Below are positions 56,047 to 64,000 of a stretch of DNA of 64,000 nucleotides, one piece after another. The notes under the pieces are model-generated. The model was not told where the DNA came from, ran no database searches, and saw only the letters and a program-made list of their open reading frames with translations. The first letter of the stretch is position 1; each line of letters opens with the position of its first letter. A program made the translations under genes and the position numbers. The DNA is from the human T2T-CHM13v2.0 reference genome, Homo sapiens: the NCBI RefSeq assembly GCF_009914755.1, contig NC_060945.1, one strand, 5' to 3'.

Positions 56047-56300
56047 TGTATTGCTTTCCTGCTGCTGCCATAACAAGTTCCCACAAACACAGTGGCTTAC
56101 AACAACACAAATGGATTATCTTGCAGTTCTGGAGGCCAGATATCTGCAATGGGAAACACTGGGCTAAAATTGAGGTGTCAGCAGGGCTGGTTCCTTCTGG
56201 AAGTTTCAGGGGGGAATCTGTTTCTTTACCTTGACTGGTTTTCTAGACAAGGCTGCCTGCATTCCATGGCTCCTTCCTCCTCCTTCAAAGCCAGCAACAG
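56047..56300 (-). mobile_element. MLT1 (D-like) LTR fragment
   Basis: tgtattgctttcctgctgctgccataacaagttcccacaaacacagtggctta...cagttctggaggccaga. Confidence 0.8.
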
Positions 56301-56313
56301 CAGAATCATATCA

Positions 56314-56945
<632 letters not shown>

Positions 56946-57289
56946 CTTCTGCCAGAATCCATGAAACTATGGCAGGCCCACTTGTTAGTTTGCAAGTAAG
57001 GTAAAATCTCAGACAGCTCACAATTCTTCACAATGCTTTTTAAAACTGTGTATCTTAAGGCCTTTATACAAACACGTTAAATCTGGTCTATGGAGTCTGC
57101 CTAAACACTGGGAAAGACTTTAATCACAAAATATTAATTTTACACACCTTCTCACCGAGTTGAAAAGCAATGGAATCCCAAGGAAACATAGTAGATACTA
57201 ACTTACTATCCTCTGATTCCGTGGAAAGCTTATTTGCCATTTCTGGGATAGTTTGCTATACCCATTCACAGGTTGGCCAGGATGACAGG

Positions 57290-58020
<731 letters not shown>

Positions 58021-59090
58021 ACAGTTTCAGTATGTGGACCTCAAGTTTGTCTCACACACACATACAAATATATACACATAGATCAACGACACAGAAGCCA
58101 CGCAGACAGAAACGCCAGGACACAGCCACCACCTATGACCGTGCTTAATCTTCTCTCAATTCTTGCAAGCTCCTCTCATGCACTGAGAAATGTCCCAGAT
58201 TCAAGCATTATAATTGCTGTTATTTTTAGCAAGTTATTAAAGTTATATAAGTTATAAAGTTTTATAAATTATATAAGTGACCACTCTTGCTCGTGGAAAA
58301 ATACCATAAAATGATGCATGGTTGAAGAGGCTCAGATTATCAGCAAGACGAGACCCTGGAAATATCAACCCTCCTCATGGATACTTGGAATTCAGTGTCT
58401 GTGAACTCCGTTTCGGGGACTTATGCCAAAGAGAGTTCCTTGTCACTTTCCTTATGGATCAAATGATCTCCATTTGGGAAGCTTCAGGAAACACCCAGCT
58501 AAGGTGAGAATGCAGCCAGCTTCTCCGTCCCAAAGGAAGACTTTGGGCTGTTTTGGGGTTTGTTTAAACCAGGCCCCTTTGTCAAAATTCTGTGAAGCAA
58601 GACCCACCTTTGTGGGTAGAGAAGAGTCCAACCCAATGCATGGATTTTAGTCCTGCCTCTGCTTTCTCCTTTTCTAACCTGTTGCTATTCAGGGAATCTT
58701 TCTAAAACTGGATAAAAATGTAATGCAGCAAATGCTTATCCAGTATATGCAACGTGCAAAGCTCCAAGTTCGGCACTTAGAAAGACGCTAAGATGGGGAG
58801 CGACACGGCCCCTGCCCATCTATCTCTGTCCTAACTCCCAAGGGTCTCTCCTTCTCCACTCCCAACAGTGCTGGGAGGTAGACAAGGGTTGCTGCCCCAT
58901 TTAATGGATGAAGAAGCTGAGGCTTACAGAGCACAAGTTGTCTGCTGAAGATCACAAGGATCGATGGTGGCAGAGCTGAAACCAAACTGCAGATCTGTTG
59001 GGCATCCAGTCCAGCTCCACGCTACTCTCACCTCACTGCACACACGTGGAAACTTTATTGCAAACACTCCAAATTATGTTCAATTACTGG

Positions 59091-59167
59091 AAATATCAAA
59101 ATTTGAGACCCAAACAAATTATATCTCAACCAACAACATTCAACCCAGGGGAAAGGCAGTTAAAGGG

Positions 59168-59199
<32 letters not shown>

Positions 59200-59376
59200 G
59201 TGCACACACATGCATGCACATACATACACACACACTCAAATATCAAAATTTGAGACCCACACAAATTATATCTCAACCAACAACATTCAACCCAGGGGAA
59301 AGGCAGTTAAAGGGCATTTTACACACACACACACACACGTGCACACACATGCATGCACACACATACACACACACTC
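59091..59376. repeat. Tandem duplication with units of 147 and 139 bp
   Basis: 59091-59237 vs 59238-59376: three substitutions plus four CA units of difference. Confidence 0.97.
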
Positions 59377-62300
59377 AATCCCTCACTCCACCTCTGAATT
59401 TCCTAGAGCATCATTCCACTCTGCCCTTTGCGAGGCCCATATTCGTAGCCTCTCTTGGTGTGGAACCACAGGGATAAGTCACAATATGTTCCCTCCCGGA
59501 ATAAATCACCTGTCAGCTGTCCTGCAGCTAGAATTTCTCGGTGACCTGTCCCCAGCTGGTCCTGCTGTGACAGCCGCAACTTGGGATTCCTATTTTCCCT
59601 GGGAGCAGGTGACAGCTTGCAGGCTTGCTGAAAGACACCCATCCCAGCTTTGACGGGGCATCTGCAGGGCCCTCACCTTCCTCTGCAGGGTCCCCGAGCC
59701 TCCTGCTCATCCATTTCCCCTCCAGCACCCCCAGAGCAGCCTGGAGCCAGCCTGCAATGTCAGACACAGGCAGCAGGTCACTCAGGCCCATGCACAGAAC
59801 CTGCTGTCCCATCTGCCTGGGCTGTCCCCAAGGCACAGGGGCTGCGGACACCCACCAACAGGGGGGAACCCAGAGGAGGGGCTCATAGAAGCAGGAGGAC
59901 GGAGCAGGGCTGACCAACAGGCACAGGGACACAGCCCGTCAGCAGTACCTCTGCTGTCTCTCTCGGTGGTTTCTGAAGGACCACTTACTGCTCAGCCCAT
60001 CTTCAGCCCCTCTCCAGATCCCACCAACAGGGTTTAAGAACCTTTGCTATTTCTGCACCAACAGTTTGGTTTTCCAAACTGGGAGGCTTGTGATCAATGT
60101 GCCCTGATTGGAACCACCACCGCCACCCCCCACCAGCTGGACTGAAAGGCACCTCACTCAGAAGGAGCTAAAATCCACAGCTTGCAGTGTGACAGAGCTG
60201 GAGGAAGATGTAATAGAGGAATCAACGCATTTTCCAAGCCATTTGGGGACCGTGGTATGGTTCGGCCCATAGAGTCTCAGTCACCCCATGGAGGAGCTCA
60301 TCAATGAGGCTTCAGAACAAGGCCTTAGCTCACTGGCTGGGTTCACATGACCCCACCATCATCCTCAGAACAGGAGCAGAGGACGAGGGATGGACGAGAG
60401 CAGCTGGGCGTCAGTGTGACCCGCTCTGAGACTCCCCAGACCTGGCGTCTCATTTGACCTGAGGGACAAGCCCTCTGCCCGCCTCTCACATGGCCAGGCC
60501 ACCCCCAGCTCTGCGTGGACACGCTGCTGTCTACGCTTGCAGAGCTGCTGTCATCTGAAGGCATCACCCACTCCTGCTAGATGGGACCGGATGAGCCACC
60601 ACCAGGGGACGAACTTCCTGCATCCCCATGTGCCCCTGGGCAGTTTCCACACTGCTGGCCTCCCCAGGTATGTAACTCCATGCATGGGCCGACCTCACCT
60701 TCCTAATGAGACCTGGTCCCTTGGGGCCAGGACAGTGGGGCCACTTCCTATAGCACAGCGCTGGTCAGACAGGAGAGAGGTGATGAATTCCCAGGCAGTG
60801 AGCCCCATTCTCCTTCCCCTCCTCACCCTTCCTAGAGCCTGGGGAAGCCTGCAGGCCACGGCCCCCCTCTGCGGGGTCCCCACACATGAGTCCCCATGCC
60901 TGATCCCAGACGTTCTACCCACAGCTGCCCACGGCAGGCATGGAGGTGACCAGCACCCAGGAGCTACCTGGCCTGAGGCCTCCAACACACAGGCTCACCA
61001 GCACGGGGGAGGGCTGCAGCCCAGCCCAGCCCTGTCGCTGCAGGCAGAACATGAGACCCACAGGAAGGCACCAGCTTTAGGGTGAGTCAGGCTGAGAGTC
61101 ACACACAGTGTGGGCAGCTGAGGCCATGAGGCCTCAGGCCATGTGCAGGGATCCTGGATGAGCCTCCACTCCTTCCTGCCCATACCTGAGACGAAAGATG
61201 CTCAGGGTAGCAGCAGTCTCGAGGCGGTAAGGCAAAGGCCAGCGGGGACGCTTGTAGGCAGCTAACACAGTGAGAGCAGAAACAAGCACTCAGCCCTCCG
61301 GGAGCTGCCAGCTTCACGGGAACGAGATCCTCTCCAGGGGATCTGGAGCGGCTGCGTGTTCCGCACATTAATCCTCTCCATGAGACCTGGTCACCTTTCT
61401 CCCCCTGAGTTCCTGAGCATCGCAGCTGGGGAATCTGGGCAGGGCCCCGTCATCGCCTAAGAAAATCGCTGCACCATGACAACCTGCAGCTCGCTAACCC
61501 CATTCTGCATTCATCTCAGCCTTCCCTTACTGCCTGTGTCTTACTTAATTTGCAAACATCTTGCACCCTCGCTTTCACCAGATCCTGGACTTAGAGGCAG
61601 TGTTCTTGTCCATAGAATTGTGCTCCGAGGCTGCACGCCCACCTCTCCAATGCTATTTCACCTTGCTCCATTCACTCGCCTCTCCAGCCCCATGTTTGTG
61701 GTGCCAGCAGCAGTGGGGAAGGTAGGAAGGAAGCTGGTGCATGGGGACAGGCAGCAGGGCTGCTGGATGGAGTGTCCCAGTGTGCCACACAGTGGCATCC
61801 AGCTTCCACCCTCCGAGCCAGTCAAGGTCAACCAAGAGCCACCAGGTGTCATGTCTGGAGATGGAGAACAACGGTGGGAGCAGCAAGAGATGTAGAGGGA
61901 TGCGGAGCCTTCTCAGAGAGGACACGTCTTTCTCACTTCTACCTCATGACAGGTGCCCGAAAATATTGTACAGGTGTATTCAGAAAGAGTAGAGAGCCAC
62001 GGATGTGAGTAGTGGCGGTGAGCATTAAATGCCACACTTACCTGCAGAACTAAGGATGAGTGATGGTTATGATGGAGAGAGTGTGGCTGGCAATGGCGTT
62101 ATGCTCTGAGAGTGAGACACAGAACAACCCTATCAAATGGTGGAATGATGGGAAGTGCATATAAAGAGTAGAATAAACCTCCTGATTGCCTTACAGGTAT
62201 TAACCAGGAATAAAAGGATGTTTTTCAAATCAGATGCTGGAGAAGAGGTAGGAGAAAGAGAAGAAGAGGTTAATAGCTGCTTTCAATATTGCTCACAATA

Positions 62301-62419
62301 GGGAACTGAGAGACCATAGGCAAAAAGAAAAGAGAGATAGGATGATTATTATATACAAGTATTAATAGAGAGGTAACCAAAAATATACACCTTTTGTGGT
62401 AGATTTAAGACAGCCACAT

Positions 62420-62712
62420 AGGCTGGTGTCTCACAACTGTCATCACAGCACTTTGAGAGGCTGAGGTGAGAGGATCACCTGAGGTCAGAAGTTTGAGACC
62501 AGCCTGGGCAACATAGTGAGACCTGTCTATACAAAAAACATTTTAAATTAGGCAGCCATGACAGTAGACACTAGTAGTCCCAGCTACTCAGGAAGCTGAG
62601 GTGGGAGGATCACATAAGCCCAGGAGTTAAGAGGCTACAGTGAGCTATGATTGCACCACTGCACTCCAGCCTGGGTGATTTTTTTTTTTTTTTACAGACC
62701 CTGTCTCTAAAA
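62420..62712 (+). mobile_element. AluJ with an internal poly-T
   Basis: J-type arms; T15 near the 3' end. Confidence 0.88.
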
Positions 62713-62743
62713 TATATATATATATATTCTTTGCTACTTCTTT

Positions 62744-63022
62744 GCTGGGTGCTGTGGCTCACTCCTATAATCCCAGCACTTTGGGAAGCCAAGGCAGGAG
62801 GATCACCCAAGGCTAGGAGTTTTGAGACCAGCCTGCACAATGTACCAAGATCCCATCTTTGCTAAAATAAAAAAATTAGGTAGGCATGATAGGCAGCTCT
62901 ATAGTCCCAACTACTCGGGAGGCTGAGGTGTGACAATTGTTTGAGCCAAGGAGTTCCAGGCAGTGAGCTATGCCACTGCACTTCAGCCTGACCCTGTCTC
63001 TTAAAAAGAGAAAAGAAGAAAG
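62744..63022 (+). mobile_element. AluJ, diverged
   Basis: Both arms recognisable; A-rich tail. Confidence 0.85.
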
Positions 63023-63356
63023 AACATGGTGGAAGTGAAGTGACATTCTGAGACTTGTGAGGTTAGGCCATTAGAACTCTTGCAGTTTCTGCCTGGCCCT
63101 GCTGAACATGCTCTCTAGGAGCCCTGAGGCCAGGTGAGGAGTCCAAGCACTCTGCAGGTGCTCGGCCTAAGCCTCAGCTAAGCCTCACCCTCTGGCATCC
63201 ACTTCAAGTCACCAGACATGGAAGTCAACAGCCACTCAAATACTCTAAACCAACCCATTCACAGCTGAATATAATTAAGTGACTTCTGTTCAGGACGCCT
63301 GAAACAGAAGAATCACCCCGCCAGTCCCTGCTCAATTGCCTGGCTCACAAAATCAT
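63023..63356 (+). mobile_element. Old MLT1 (F/G/H-like) LTR whose 5' stub at about 62395-62418 is separated by two Alus
   Basis: tgtggtagatttaagacagccaca | gtggaagtga...gaggttaggcc...cagaagaatcaccccgcc...cacaaaatcat. Confidence 0.6.
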
Positions 63357-63688
63357 CTGTCAGTATGAGTTCATGATGCATTTGATCTCAAAGGAAATAT
63401 AAACTATCTTTAAGAAGATACTGTCCCCTGAAAAGGCCTAGAAATGTATCATCAACCCAGCAGCACTGAGCACTGTCATGCTGCACTGTGGTCTCTAAAT
63501 ACCATTTCCTACCAAAAAGAACGGGGCTGCCTGCAGGAATGGCTGATTCCAGATCCGAAAATGAAAATACACACAATGAATCTAAAATTGTGTCATCCAG
63601 AAATCAAAGAAGCTACCAAACATTAATAGGGGCATGCCAAAAGAAATCAGGAGTTCATCTGAATAAAATCTTACTCATCAAAAATAAA

Positions 63689-63982
63689 GGCCAGGCATGG
63701 TGACTCACACCTGTAATCCTAGCACTTTGATAGGTTGAGGCGGGTGGATCACTTGAGGCCAGGAGTTCAAGACTAGCCTGGCCAAAATGGTGAAACCCCG
63801 TTTCTACTAAAAATACAAAAATTAGCTGGGCATAATGGTGCACACCTGTAATTCCAGCTACTTAGGAGGCTGAGGCACAAGAATGGCTTGAACCTGGGAG
63901 GCAGAGGTTGAAATGAGCCCAGATTGTGCCACTGCACTACAGCCTGGATGACAGAGGGAGACTCTGTCTCAAAAAAAAAAAA
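63689..63982 (+). mobile_element. AluS (Sx/Sz-like)
   Basis: Full length with poly-A tail. Confidence 0.95.
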
Positions 63983-64000
63983 GATATAATTTAAGCATCA

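Noticed and set aside
59054-59059. Minus-strand AATAAA as a possible gene 3' end
   Set aside because: It is an isolated hexamer with no supporting upstream exon that I can identify.
58964-59653. 229-aa ORF with an internal peptide repeat
   Set aside because: It is explained by the DNA tandem duplication and CA tract; I see no recognisable domain or exon structure.

Overview
This is 64 kb of primate, most likely human, non-coding genomic DNA. It holds about 21 Alu SINEs (J, S and Y types), many MaLR/ERVL solo LTRs (THE1, MST, MLT1, MLT2), old L1M/L2/MIR fragments and DNA-transposon fossils (MER5A, MER58, MER53, MER44, Charlie1). Microsatellite and low-complexity tracts are also present. I found no credible protein-coding gene, RNA gene or processed pseudogene. 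The long ORFs come from CA repeats, Alus, a tandem duplication or GC-rich sequence, and I cannot name the locus. Repeat subfamily names rest on my recall of consensus sequences and need RepeatMasker/Dfam confirmation. I see no new gene system. The best observations are small structural rearrangements. These are a dispersed 218-bp duplication with lopsided CpG decay, a near-perfect ~140-bp tandem duplication and two apparent micro-inversions. There are also two template-switch hairpins inside Alus, a poly-T insertion creating a splice acceptor in a sense Alu, and nested transposon insertions. A few repeat-free blocks may be enhancers or lncRNA exons, but that is speculative.
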